This document shows positions 17,033 through 28,244 of a stretch of 64,000 bases of DNA, one piece after another (the stretch's first letter is position 1; each line of letters opens with the position of its first letter). A program made the position numbers and the translations under genes. The notes below the pieces were generated by a model. It was not told the DNA's origin and did no database searches. It saw nothing but the letters and a program-made list of their open reading frames with translations. Where the stretch lies: the sequence record PQ015379.1, one strand, 5' to 3'.

Positions 17033-17848
17033 ATGGCAACTCTTTCGCGTACCACTCACACCCGCAAGCACTACCACTTCATTTTCACCGTGCTGGAAAC
17101 CACGGTTAAGAAAATGGAAGCGCACGTTATCGCGCTTTCCCGCGAAGAGGCTGATTTGCTGTTTAACAAAGCCTGCCCGAATGTCTGGACCATGCTCGAC
17201 GTTCGCGAACTGGGGCCAGCTAAGCAGTGGATCATTCGCGGCAAGAAATCGACCATCGAACGCTCGCACGTTTATCAGGTCGGCCCGTATTTCGAGGAAG
17301 GCGACACGGCGACCCCGTTCACCGATTTCGTTAACCTGTACGTGGAAACGTTTAAACAGTTGCCATTGCCGAATCTGCGCCACCAACTGTTCAAGCACAA
17401 CGGCACGCACGTTCCGACCGCCGAACACGTGCAAATCATTGCCGATGAAACCGGCGTCACTGCCGAATACATTCAGGGCTTGATTGACCACGAATTCAAA
17501 GCCGCGTGGTTTGCCAACACGGTCGAACGTTTCGGTCCGGTGCACGTTCTCAAAATCGTTAGCAAGGGCGAATTCGAAGCCCTGATGATGGGCCGTGGCA
17601 CTGAGGCTGCATGGGAACGCATGGTTGATCGCATGCCGAATTTCGGGGTGCAACGTTTCTACCCGATGACCGTTGGTGAATTGTTGTTCTTCCACGACAT
17701 GACCCACACGCAAAAGGCCTCGCACGAAATCTACAGCGGCGCCGTTTCCGTTCTCGATCTGCCTAAGCGCGTTCTGAAATTCCTGTGCACCATTGACCCG
17801 CGTTTCGCTGATCTGGCTGCCCAAGAACAAAACCGCCGCAACAAATAA
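17033..17848 (+). CDS. hypothetical protein
   Basis: 271 aa, GAGGA SD. Confidence 0.8.
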   Translation: MATLSRTTHTRKHYHFIFTVLETTVKKMEAHVIALSREEADLLFNKACPNVWTMLDVRELGPAKQWIIRGKKSTIERSHVYQVGPYFEEGDTATPFTDFVNLYVETFKQLPLPNLRHQLFKHNGTHVPTAEHVQIIADETGVTAEYIQGLIDHEFKAAWFANTVERFGPVHVLKIVSKGEFEALMMGRGTEAAWERMVDRMPNFGVQRFYPMTVGELLFFHDMTHTQKASHEIYSGAVSVLDLPKRVLKFLCTIDPRFADLAAQEQNRRNK

Positions 17849-17861
17849 TCATTGACCAGCA

Positions 17862-17895
17862 GGGGGCCACGCTCAAAACAGCGGCCCCCACTTTT
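17862..17895 (+). terminator. probable intrinsic terminator/stem-loop
   Basis: GGGGCC..GCT/AGCGGCCCC stem followed by ACTTTT. Confidence 0.55.
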
Positions 17896-17907
17896 AGGAG
17901 CAACACC

Positions 17908-20354
<2,447 letters not shown>

Positions 20355-20363
20355 GGAATTTTC

Positions 20364-20993
20364 ATGATGTTTTACCATTCGGTTAGTGCCATGGCAAATA
20401 ACCGGTCCATTATCGAATCGTTCGCCAACGCAATGGGCTGGAGTCACGAACACGGGGCGGCTGCGTTAGCTGCGTATTCTACCGGGCTTTACCTGCCGAC
20501 CCTCGACGAAGTAAAAGCGCTGTCGCGCCTGCCGGATTTCGAAAGCGAATGGCGGCTCGCCCTGTACGCGTTCCACATCCTCGAATTGCAACGCGCTGGC
20601 GCCGATTTGAGTGTGATTGCAGGCACCGAGACGGTGAACAAGTGGGCACGCGGGAAACGCCTGCTGAAGCCCGTGAGCCGCAAGCGTATTCTGGAACTGT
20701 TCGCGGTTGACGTTGATCAGGTGCCGGAAGAACGCCGCTTCACCTACACCAACGAAGAGCGGCCAAAGGTGTGGTTTGACCAGCGCCGCACGCAACTGCA
20801 TGCACCGGGCTTTATTTGGAGCCTGCAACAGGTACACGACACGATGTTTGTGGTGCGTGCCGACAACCGAAAGGATTTGCTAGAACTCGATGCTGCGCTC
20901 AAAGAGCACGGCATCCACACAATGCCCACGGGCGATTTTATCTGCGCCGTTATTCCGGCCACATCAGCGAGTATTTATTATGCCAAACCATGA
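20364..20993 (+). CDS. putative HTH (XRE-like) DNA-binding protein
   Basis: ETVNKWARGKRLLKPVSRKRILELF; AYSTGLYLPTLDEVKAL. Confidence 0.65.
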   Translation: MMFYHSVSAMANNRSIIESFANAMGWSHEHGAAALAAYSTGLYLPTLDEVKALSRLPDFESEWRLALYAFHILELQRAGADLSVIAGTETVNKWARGKRLLKPVSRKRILELFAVDVDQVPEERRFTYTNEERPKVWFDQRRTQLHAPGFIWSLQQVHDTMFVVRADNRKDLLELDAALKEHGIHTMPTGDFICAVIPATSASIYYAKP

Positions 20994-21394
20994 AAAAGAT
21001 TTACCGTAACGGCCAGAAAAATGGCTGGTACATTCCGGAGCGCTTTGGAACACAGCGCCGCAAATTCCTAGACGTAGATTTTGGCAGCCAAGAACAATCG
21101 TACGCGGCTGCCTTACGCGAGCTAGAACCCGATGAACCAACACATCGGAAAGTCGAAACAAAATCCCGTTCGAACAAAGTGAGTGACACGCCGGTCGGCA
21201 TCACGCATTACACGGTGAAGGACGGGAATCAAATCAAGCACCGGTTTGCCGTTTGTAACCCCGGCACCGGCCAGCCTCACATTATTTACATCGGCAATGA
21301 CAACACGTGGCAGCGCAACTACGACCAAAAGCTGGTCGAGGCTGAAACGCTGCGCGATCAATTCGTCGAGCAATACAAGGAACGTCACGCATGA
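20990..21394 (+). CDS. AP2-like DNA-binding domain protein
   Basis: RRKFLDVDFGSQEQSYAAAL and PVGIT... segments resemble bacterial/phage AP2 repeats; ATG 20990. Confidence 0.5.
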   Translation: MKKIYRNGQKNGWYIPERFGTQRRKFLDVDFGSQEQSYAAALRELEPDEPTHRKVETKSRSNKVSDTPVGITHYTVKDGNQIKHRFAVCNPGTGQPHIIYIGNDNTWQRNYDQKLVEAETLRDQFVEQYKERHA

Positions 21395-22476
21395 ACCTGC
21401 AAGACTACTACGACATTCGCCCAATCCAATCGCCGCTGGTTCCGGTCAACATGGAATTCCATGTGTACGATTCGTTCGGGCGCCTGAAAGAAGAAATGTA
21501 CGCGGTGATCACGCCGAAAGACCCGGAGACGTTCAACCGTTTTCACCCGGAGGCCGTAAACCGCGCTGTGCTGCGCTGGGTGTACGAAAGCGGTTATGCA
21601 GACAAAGAGAAACACGAAATGGTCACGGCGCGTGCCCTGCCGTGGGCGGGCCTGAAGCTGGCCAACTTCGACGCATTCCTGCGCAACGAATTGCAGCAAC
21701 TGTCGCTGAGCCTCGGTATCGCGATTCACTGCAACGACGGGTTCAAAACCATTCGTGGCCCCGTGCCTTACGAAACGGCGAAAATGGCCCGTGACCTGCT
21801 GCAAATGCGCGAGGCCCACAAAAACGGTTTGCCGTTTTCTGAGCGTGCGCAATTCATCCACACGTGGGGCCACATGTTCGACACGCATCCGCGCCAAAGC
21901 CGGGCAGTGGGTGAAGCGATTCAAGCGCTGGCCGAACGTCACGACAAGAAATTCGAAATTCTGCGTGACGGTGAAATCGTGATTTATACGCTGGGCAGCA
22001 CCGTTTCTGACCGCTACGAAATCCGGGCCGATGCGTCGGGCTACAAAGCGCGCAAACTGGATCAGGCGAATATCGCGGAAGAGTTCGCCATTCACGAAGG
22101 GCGCGGCGTTATCGATTGGATCGAAGATCAGGCGACCACGTGGACCGGTCCCTGCACCAGCGAGCGTTCCGGGCGTTACCAGAAGGCGCCGAAAAGCAGC
22201 GACATTCACAAGCTGCGCGAACAACTGGACGAACAGCTACCAGCTAGCTATTACCGCTTCGTGGAAGGTGGCCACGAATTCATCGTGCGTCGTCCGAAAA
22301 CTTTGGCCGGTCCGGAAATCTTGGGCCGCCTGCTGACCGGTATCGACAGCCTCGATCTGAAATATCTGGTGTGGATCGCGGAATGCGACGGGCGCACCAT
22401 TCGCCGCGAACTGCGCAATATGGATTTCGCCGTCGAGTTTCTGGCCAACATCACCGAAGACATGCACCAAATCTGA
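21391..22476 (+). CDS. hypothetical protein
   Basis: 361 aa, strong codon bias. Confidence 0.85.
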   Translation: MNLQDYYDIRPIQSPLVPVNMEFHVYDSFGRLKEEMYAVITPKDPETFNRFHPEAVNRAVLRWVYESGYADKEKHEMVTARALPWAGLKLANFDAFLRNELQQLSLSLGIAIHCNDGFKTIRGPVPYETAKMARDLLQMREAHKNGLPFSERAQFIHTWGHMFDTHPRQSRAVGEAIQALAERHDKKFEILRDGEIVIYTLGSTVSDRYEIRADASGYKARKLDQANIAEEFAIHEGRGVIDWIEDQATTWTGPCTSERSGRYQKAPKSSDIHKLREQLDEQLPASYYRFVEGGHEFIVRRPKTLAGPEILGRLLTGIDSLDLKYLVWIAECDGRTIRRELRNMDFAVEFLANITEDMHQI

Positions 22477-22499
22477 AAACGAAAAAGGAATTGTAGGAA

Positions 22500-23258
22500 A
22501 TGACCGAACGCCATCCGCTGCAAGACCAGATGAATTTCGTACAGGAATATTTGTTTTCCCGTGCGATCCCGTTCGAACAGACGCCGACCCGCTGGGGCGT
22601 CACCTTCGAGGCCGAGGGCGTGCGCATCCAGTTCAACAAGCGCACGTGCAACATTTATTTTCAGGAAGTGACTTCGCACGAAAAACGTGTCGAATGGAAC
22701 TGGGTCGAAGAACTGCTGGTTCCGGAAGACGACGAAGCCCGTGGCCACTTCATCGACTGGCTACGCAAAGCCTGCCTGTGCGCGCACTACGCGTGGTTCA
22801 CCCGCGAAATCACCAAGGCCCCGGAGTGGATTAAATTCTTCACCACGATCAAAGAAGGGCGCACCGGCAACGAGCAGAAAATCCGTGTCACGGCCCACGT
22901 GAAACTGGATATTTTGGGCCGCGATCCGTGGTACAAATATCTCGACGGCGAAGAATACGTGGTCGTGAATTTGTGCATGAACGATCACGAAAGTGACCGT
23001 ATCAGTTTCCGCCACTTCAGCAACATGGTGCACGCCCTCGGTTCGCCGGTCGGTTCCAGTTTCACCGATGGGCACGCGCCAGAAGCTCACAACAATTTCA
23101 TGGAAGGCGGCCCGTGGACGTTTGTTCCGGCCAAGGCCACGATCCACACCACTAGCCAATACGTGCTGCCAGAAGACGAACCTGAATCGTGGGATATTTT
23201 CGTTCTGGTTCGCACGCACGATGTGAAAATGGTTGTCCCGCAAAAGGAGCAAAAGTAA
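22500..23258 (+). CDS. hypothetical protein
   Basis: 252 aa, AGGA SD. Confidence 0.8.
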   Translation: MTERHPLQDQMNFVQEYLFSRAIPFEQTPTRWGVTFEAEGVRIQFNKRTCNIYFQEVTSHEKRVEWNWVEELLVPEDDEARGHFIDWLRKACLCAHYAWFTREITKAPEWIKFFTTIKEGRTGNEQKIRVTAHVKLDILGRDPWYKYLDGEEYVVVNLCMNDHESDRISFRHFSNMVHALGSPVGSSFTDGHAPEAHNNFMEGGPWTFVPAKATIHTTSQYVLPEDEPESWDIFVLVRTHDVKMVVPQKEQK

Positions 23259-23971
23259 TGGGCGAAAGAATGACGCATGAACAGCGCATGGTTTTCCTGC
23301 GCTACGTGGCCGAATGTGTGGCCGACGATCCAAGTCTGATGCGCGACATTATGGGCGCCATGACTGAAGGCCTGACCAACAAACTGGATCAGGTAAACCA
23401 AATGCGTGTCGATGCAGAAGTGTCGGTGTGCTGGTTGCTGGATAAGGTGCCGAAAGCGGCGCTGGCCAAAGAACCGAGCATGACGGTAAAAGCGAAAAAA
23501 GTTATCGTGAATTCCGGCATGTTCAGCGGCACCGTGCATGCCAACGTGATCGGCGCCGAAATCATGGACGGCGAACGTCTGGAAGAAGAGCACAACAAAG
23601 CGCGTAGCGAACAGGACAAGGCCGCACGCGCCGCACACAATCAAAAGCTGCGTGAAAACCGCGAACGTGCACGCCACGCCAAGAAACCGGTAGCAACCAT
23701 TACCGCGCAATCGGTGGCGCGTTCTGTGGCCACTGGCGAATCCAAGTTGGCGCCGTACAAGGTTGCCAGCGGCAAAGGCGAATGGAGTTTCCACGCGTGG
23801 GTTATCGTGGTGAACGAAGAGGCGCCCAGCAAGCCACAAGAGCAATCCATGCTGTACGTCGGTGCCCCGGTCCAAGGCCGTGATGTGTTCGCGTCTGAAG
23901 AACTGGCGTTGCAGGCAATCGGCAACATTATCGAACACGGCAAAAGCCTGCTACAGGATGAAAAACAATGA
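23258..23971 (+). CDS. hypothetical protein with coiled coil
   Basis: AAGGAG SD before ATG 23258. Confidence 0.8.
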   Translation: MGERMTHEQRMVFLRYVAECVADDPSLMRDIMGAMTEGLTNKLDQVNQMRVDAEVSVCWLLDKVPKAALAKEPSMTVKAKKVIVNSGMFSGTVHANVIGAEIMDGERLEEEHNKARSEQDKAARAAHNQKLRENRERARHAKKPVATITAQSVARSVATGESKLAPYKVASGKGEWSFHAWVIVVNEEAPSKPQEQSMLYVGAPVQGRDVFASEELALQAIGNIIEHGKSLLQDEKQ

Positions 23972-24387
23972 GCCGCCAAATCACGATTCACGCCGATTGC
24001 AGCCGGGACGAAATCTTTTTCGAACTGGGGCAGAAATACGGTAGCGCTTCCCGTTTCAAGGATCAGGTGATTATCGTTGTCGATACGCCGTCCAAACTTC
24101 CTATGACTTTGCAGGCGCTGGCGGAACCTCGGCCCGGCAAACCGATGGATCTGGTGATCTGCCACGGCGTAACTGACGTGCTGAATAAAGCCCGCGAAAT
24201 GCGCAACCAGTATCGCGGCCCGGAAATGCCAAAAATCCATGTGATTTACTGGCTGCCACAAATCATCAAGGCCGATGGCTTCATGGGTATGGGTTCGCTG
24301 CCAATCAGCATCGGTTCCGATACTGTGATGGCGCAAATCGGCTCTGCTGAAATCGATAAAGTATCCCTGTTTTTGGAGAAAGCATAA
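23968..24387 (+). CDS. hypothetical protein, distant member of degenerate RecA-like triplet
   Basis: ITIHAD...GQKYG; VIIVVDTP. Confidence 0.7.
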   Translation: MSRQITIHADCSRDEIFFELGQKYGSASRFKDQVIIVVDTPSKLPMTLQALAEPRPGKPMDLVICHGVTDVLNKAREMRNQYRGPEMPKIHVIYWLPQIIKADGFMGMGSLPISIGSDTVMAQIGSAEIDKVSLFLEKA

Positions 24388-24879
24388 ATGTATCCACGTC
24401 TCGTTTCGTTCGGCATGACTCAAAGCGGCCTGTCGTCGCACGTTATGCAATCCATGGAAAGCCTGCTGGGCCGCGCCGATAATGTGCACGTGCTGATTTC
24501 CGACGAATCGTCGGCGGCACAATTGGCGCACCAGTTCCACAAAAAATACGGGGCTGAACGTCTGGAAGGTGCGCAAGGCATCGTGCATTTCGTGAACGCA
24601 TTCGAACCCGGCCACGTGTACGGCGCGATCAAACAAATGGTCGAAGCGTACCCTGACAAAGAAGTGAATATCTACCTCGATATTCCAAGCCTGACCAACA
24701 TTCGCCCGGTGGCTAATGATGCACAAGTCGTGCTGATGGATCAGGCGGTTACTGCCGACCTCGAAATCCTGCTGGTCGCAAATCCTAACGTGGTTGTTCG
24801 CATCGCGACCCTGCGTGTAGCGCCGCACAAGATGGTCGATTTCGCCCGTTCTGTCGGGAGCCTGAAACGTGGTGCTTAA
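24388..24879 (+). CDS. degenerate RecA/KaiC-like P-loop protein
   Basis: FGMTQSGLSS (Walker A with K>L), VLISDESSAAQL (motif 2), VNIYLD (Walker B). Confidence 0.6.
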   Translation: MYPRLVSFGMTQSGLSSHVMQSMESLLGRADNVHVLISDESSAAQLAHQFHKKYGAERLEGAQGIVHFVNAFEPGHVYGAIKQMVEAYPDKEVNIYLDIPSLTNIRPVANDAQVVLMDQAVTADLEILLVANPNVVVRIATLRVAPHKMVDFARSVGSLKRGA

Positions 24880-25405
24880 CGCGTACCCGGAATTGATCCT
24901 GAGCGCCTGCATGGGCGCCCGTGGTCTGTCGAACGGCACGTTCAGCATTCTGCATACTGACCTAGTGCTGGAAGACACGCGGTCGCGTCCGGATATCGAG
25001 CGGGCCTATCTGCACATTCACGACGACCGTGGTCCGCATGAATGCGCGCAGTGGTTTACGCAGTTCTACGGGTCGCCAGAAGCAACCGCGAAATTCCTTT
25101 CGGGGTTCCAAGGTCGTTTGGAATTCGCGAACGTGCCAATGGACAAAGATCACCCGACGCAAAAAGGTCAGTCGGCGGCGTTCGCAATTGCCAACATGAT
25201 CGAAAAGCATCCGGGCAAAGAAATCTGCGTTTACATCGATCTGTTCCGTATGTTCCGACTGGGCTGTACCAACGGGGCCGGTATGGTTGTGCCGTTCACG
25301 GTTGAAACGCAGGAACCTTTGGCCAAGATGCTTTTGGAACCGTCCGTGCGTTTCCGTGTGGCCACCATGCACACGCGTCTCGAAGGCAACCCACGAAAAC
25401 TGTAA
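24869..25405 (+). CDS. degenerate RecA-like paralog
   Basis: MGARGLSN, LHIHDD...FYG, AIANMIEKHPGKEICVYID, PSVRFRVAT align with 24388. Confidence 0.6.
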   Translation: MVLNAYPELILSACMGARGLSNGTFSILHTDLVLEDTRSRPDIERAYLHIHDDRGPHECAQWFTQFYGSPEATAKFLSGFQGRLEFANVPMDKDHPTQKGQSAAFAIANMIEKHPGKEICVYIDLFRMFRLGCTNGAGMVVPFTVETQEPLAKMLLEPSVRFRVATMHTRLEGNPRKL

Positions 25406-25408
25406 ACA
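25399..25408 (+). promoter_or_regulatory. ACTGTAAA(Y)A motif copy
   Basis: ACTGTAAACA; overlaps the stop codon; ~55 nt upstream of Nudix gene 25461. Confidence 0.45.
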
Positions 25409-25415
25409 CTAGACA

Positions 25416-25446
25416 CAGGCGAGCGGTCCGAAGGGGGCCGCCCTGT
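25416..25446 (+). other. intergenic stem-loop with GAAG loop, no U-tract
   Basis: GCGGTCC-GAAG-GGGGCCGC, flanked by ACAGG/CCTGT. Confidence 0.55.
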
Positions 25447-25460
25447 TCTAGGAACCCCAA

Positions 25461-26309
25461 ATGAAATATCCAGAATTCATCGGTGCGATTCGTCGTACTG
25501 TGCTGCGTGACGTTCCAGCGCTGGGCCTCGGTGGCAAAGGTTTCGTGAAAGTGGATTGGGATCAGTTTTCCAATCTGGTAAAACGCGGTTTCATCATTGG
25601 CCAGCGTGAAGACCTCGACGAATCTCTGCACTGGGGCGAAAGCTTCAAGGGCAACCGCGATTATGCGCAGTGGCTCAATTATTTCTCGGTAGAGCAGGCC
25701 GGTACGCCGGTTCACCTGCCCGAACTGAACCCGTACATGCGTGCCCGCGAAGGCAACGGCGAATCGTATTTGCTGGGCCGTGGTTCCTGCATGCCGGGCG
25801 GCCACCTCGACGCAATCGACGTGCGTTATGAAAAAGATGCAAATGGGCGCCGTACCAGCATTCCCGACCTGCTGCTGACTTCGCTGCAAAACATCATGCG
25901 CGAAGCGTTCGAGGAAATGACTTTCTCCATCAACGGTGAAGCGTTCCAAGCGTGGGAGCCGGATGGTTTCGGTGGTGAATATCTGTCGGCGGATCTGCAC
26001 GATCTGGCGAATCTGGCGACCCTGCATTTCGAGGGCATCATTTTCGACAACAGCGACAACGTTGGTCGTTTGCATCTGGCAATCGCGTGGCGTCTGCGCC
26101 TGCGTGAAGGTGTGACGGTAGGCAATCGCGAAAAAGGCGTCGATTTCATTCCGCCTGTTGCGGCTTCCAAACTGTATGAAACCTATCCCGGCGTGACGTT
26201 CGAAAACTGGACCAATCTGTTCGTTGAACACCTCAACGGGCTGACCCCGGAAAGCGAAATCAGCCGTAACTATCTGGACGCCTACGTGCTGCCAGAAGAC
26301 GACGAATAA
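25461..26309 (+). CDS. Nudix-family phosphoesterase (COG4112-like)
   Basis: R..GNGESYL..S..GGHLD, MREAFEE, GIIFDNSDNVGRLHL, ENWT motifs. Confidence 0.75.
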   Translation: MKYPEFIGAIRRTVLRDVPALGLGGKGFVKVDWDQFSNLVKRGFIIGQREDLDESLHWGESFKGNRDYAQWLNYFSVEQAGTPVHLPELNPYMRAREGNGESYLLGRGSCMPGGHLDAIDVRYEKDANGRRTSIPDLLLTSLQNIMREAFEEMTFSINGEAFQAWEPDGFGGEYLSADLHDLANLATLHFEGIIFDNSDNVGRLHLAIAWRLRLREGVTVGNREKGVDFIPPVAASKLYETYPGVTFENWTNLFVEHLNGLTPESEISRNYLDAYVLPEDDE

Positions 26310-26318
26310 GGATCAAAC

Positions 26319-26969
26319 ATGATCGATCTGAAATGGTACGACCTGCTGTTCAACACGCAGCGCTGGAAAGAGTTTCAAAATCACTTCCATCTGCTGCAAA
26401 TTTCCGAGTCGAAAGCGCAGGGCAAAGTGCTGGAACAAAATCGCCAAATCAAGGTGATGGAAACCAATCTGGCAATCCTGCAAAACGAAATGAACGAAGT
26501 ACGCACGGCCTACGGCATCGCCAGCCGCGAACTGGATCGCCTGAGTGCACAAAAGCAGGTGAAGTTCACGGTCGAAGTCAAAGACCCAAAAGCGCAGGCC
26601 GCTGGTTCCGTAACTTCTTCTGAAAAAACCCGGCGTTATCAGGAGCAGTATCGCGGCGGCCAAATCCCAAGCACGCCGCAAGACAACACGGCGATTCTGA
26701 TGCAGGCGCAAATCCAGTCGGAAATCTACGACGACGCACAGGAACGCGCAGCCGGTTATCCAAGCGGGCGCAAAGATTCGTTCACGCTGGATGCAACGCC
26801 TGAACAACGCGCGGAAATCCGTGAAGAAAATCGCGGTTCCACTTACACGCCGACGTATACGCCTGAGCCTACGCGTCACGACCCGACGCCTAGCAGCAGT
26901 GATCGCAGCGGTGGCTGGGGTGATTCTGGCGGTGGCGATTCGGGCGGTGGTGGCGGTGGTGGCGACTGA
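26319..26969 (+). CDS. coiled-coil protein with Ser/Gly/Asp-rich C-terminal tail
   Basis: AAGGA SD; ends SSSDRSGGWGDSGGGDSGGGGGGGD. Confidence 0.75.
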   Translation: MIDLKWYDLLFNTQRWKEFQNHFHLLQISESKAQGKVLEQNRQIKVMETNLAILQNEMNEVRTAYGIASRELDRLSAQKQVKFTVEVKDPKAQAAGSVTSSEKTRRYQEQYRGGQIPSTPQDNTAILMQAQIQSEIYDDAQERAAGYPSGRKDSFTLDATPEQRAEIREENRGSTYTPTYTPEPTRHDPTPSSSDRSGGWGDSGGGDSGGGGGGGD

Positions 26970-26976
26970 ATAGTTT

Positions 26977-27016
26977 GGGGTGCCTTCGGGCGCCCCTTCC
27001 ACAAGGTACAATGAAA
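26977..27016 (+). promoter_or_regulatory. UUCG hairpin + AAGGTACAATGAAA module, copy 1
   Basis: GGGGTGCC-TTCG-GGCGCCCC, then AAGGTACAATGAAA; also present at 40201. Confidence 0.5.
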
Positions 27017-27193
27017 ATGGCGAAGAAATTACCTAATCTGATTTGGCCCGGCAAAGCAAAATCGGTGCGGTTCCTCCCTAGCCCGCTTTTGCGGAGCTTA
27101 GGTACGCGCTGGGTCAAACTGAAACCAAACGGCGAGCCGGAAAAGGGGCAAGGTTTAAGTGGCGAAGAAAGCAGTTGCAACAATCGAGTTTAA
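27011..27193 (+). CDS. possible small protein
   Basis: ATG 27011/27017 in ORF 26975..27193; overlaps the NADAR start. Confidence 0.4.
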   Translation: MKMAKKLPNLIWPGKAKSVRFLPSPLLRSLGTRWVKLKPNGEPEKGQGLSGEESSCNNRV

Positions 27194-27680
27194 CTCGTAC
27201 GAAAATCCGATGTGGAGTGCCATGTGGCCCTCGCCGTTTTTCTACAAGAAACGGATTTTCAAATCCATCGAACACATGTACCAGTTCTATTCGCTGGACC
27301 CTAGCGAAAAAGAATTGCGGGCCAAGATCCTGAATAGCTTCGACCCGTACAAGGCCAAGCATTTCGGTTCGAAAAAGGCCGGTGGCAAAGAGCGCGAAGA
27401 CCAAAAATCGAAACGCTACGGCACCATGGCGATTGCAATTCGTGAAGCGTATTTGCAGAACCCTATGCGCCTGCTGGCCCTACTGAGGACCAAAGGCCGG
27501 TTGGTTCACAAAGCCGATTGGGATTCCGATTGGGGCACCGGCAAGGACGGTAAAGGCGCTGACGCAATGGGCCGTATGCTGACCGAATTCCGTGACGGCT
27601 TCAAAGGTCAAGGCTGGAATCAAATCATGGATCAGTGCATGGCCCATATCGCGAAGCGCATGGGCGATTACTATGGCTGA
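27159..27680 (+). CDS. NADAR (YbiA-like) ADP-ribosyl/N-glycosidase
   Basis: FKSIEHMYQ...PYKAKHFG...LLRT...DSDWGTG...GADAMGRML. Confidence 0.8.
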   Translation: MAKKAVATIEFNSYENPMWSAMWPSPFFYKKRIFKSIEHMYQFYSLDPSEKELRAKILNSFDPYKAKHFGSKKAGGKEREDQKSKRYGTMAIAIREAYLQNPMRLLALLRTKGRLVHKADWDSDWGTGKDGKGADAMGRMLTEFRDGFKGQGWNQIMDQCMAHIAKRMGDYYG

Positions 27681-27864
27681 GTGGACTATCTGGACGTGGG
27701 CGCTGCACCTAATGTTCAGCGTTGGTGGATTCATCCTGTTTGACGCCAAACGCCGCAACGCGTACGACCATCAGTTCCTGCCAATGTACATTTGCACCGG
27801 CATGTTTGCGTCGGCGCAGTTGCTCAACAGAATTTATCATGAGGTTTTGAAATGTCTATCCTGA
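27673..27864 (+). CDS. small membrane protein
   Basis: two hydrophobic stretches; ATG 27673. Confidence 0.55.
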   Translation: MAEWTIWTWALHLMFSVGGFILFDAKRRNAYDHQFLPMYICTGMFASAQLLNRIYHEVLKCLS

Positions 27865-28244
27865 AATTCCCCGGCGTTTTCTTCCTCGAACTGGTGCCTA
27901 CGCTGTTCGGGGCCAGCGAGTGGAAAACCGACAAGCCGTTTCAAGTCTTCGACACCGGCACCGGCCTGTACACGTTCAACTTCGGTGACAGCGAACACAA
28001 AAGCGACAGCGCCGAAGAATTGATCGAAATCGCAATTCGCGAAATCGAGAAACAAATCTCGAAACGTCTGGCGGAAATCGACAGCGTTTATGTCGTGGTG
28101 CAGCTGGCGTGTGGCCCTGATGGTCCGGACATTGACACGTGCGATGCGTTCAACGTTCTGGAGCGTCCGTATCGCGTCGAACTGTACACCGATACTTTCC
28201 GCCGTGGCGTGGCGAAACTTCGCAAACTCAAGGAGGCAGTGTGA
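27852..28244 (+). CDS. hypothetical protein
   Basis: 130 aa, GAGG SD. Confidence 0.75.
   Translation: MSILKFPGVFFLELVPTLFGASEWKTDKPFQVFDTGTGLYTFNFGDSEHKSDSAEELIEIAIREIEKQISKRLAEIDSVYVVVQLACGPDGPDIDTCDAFNVLERPYRVELYTDTFRRGVAKLRKLKEAV

Noticed and set aside
26940-26966. GGCGGT/GGTGGC tandem DNA repeats
   Set aside because: Fully explained by poly-Gly codons; not a phase-variable tract.
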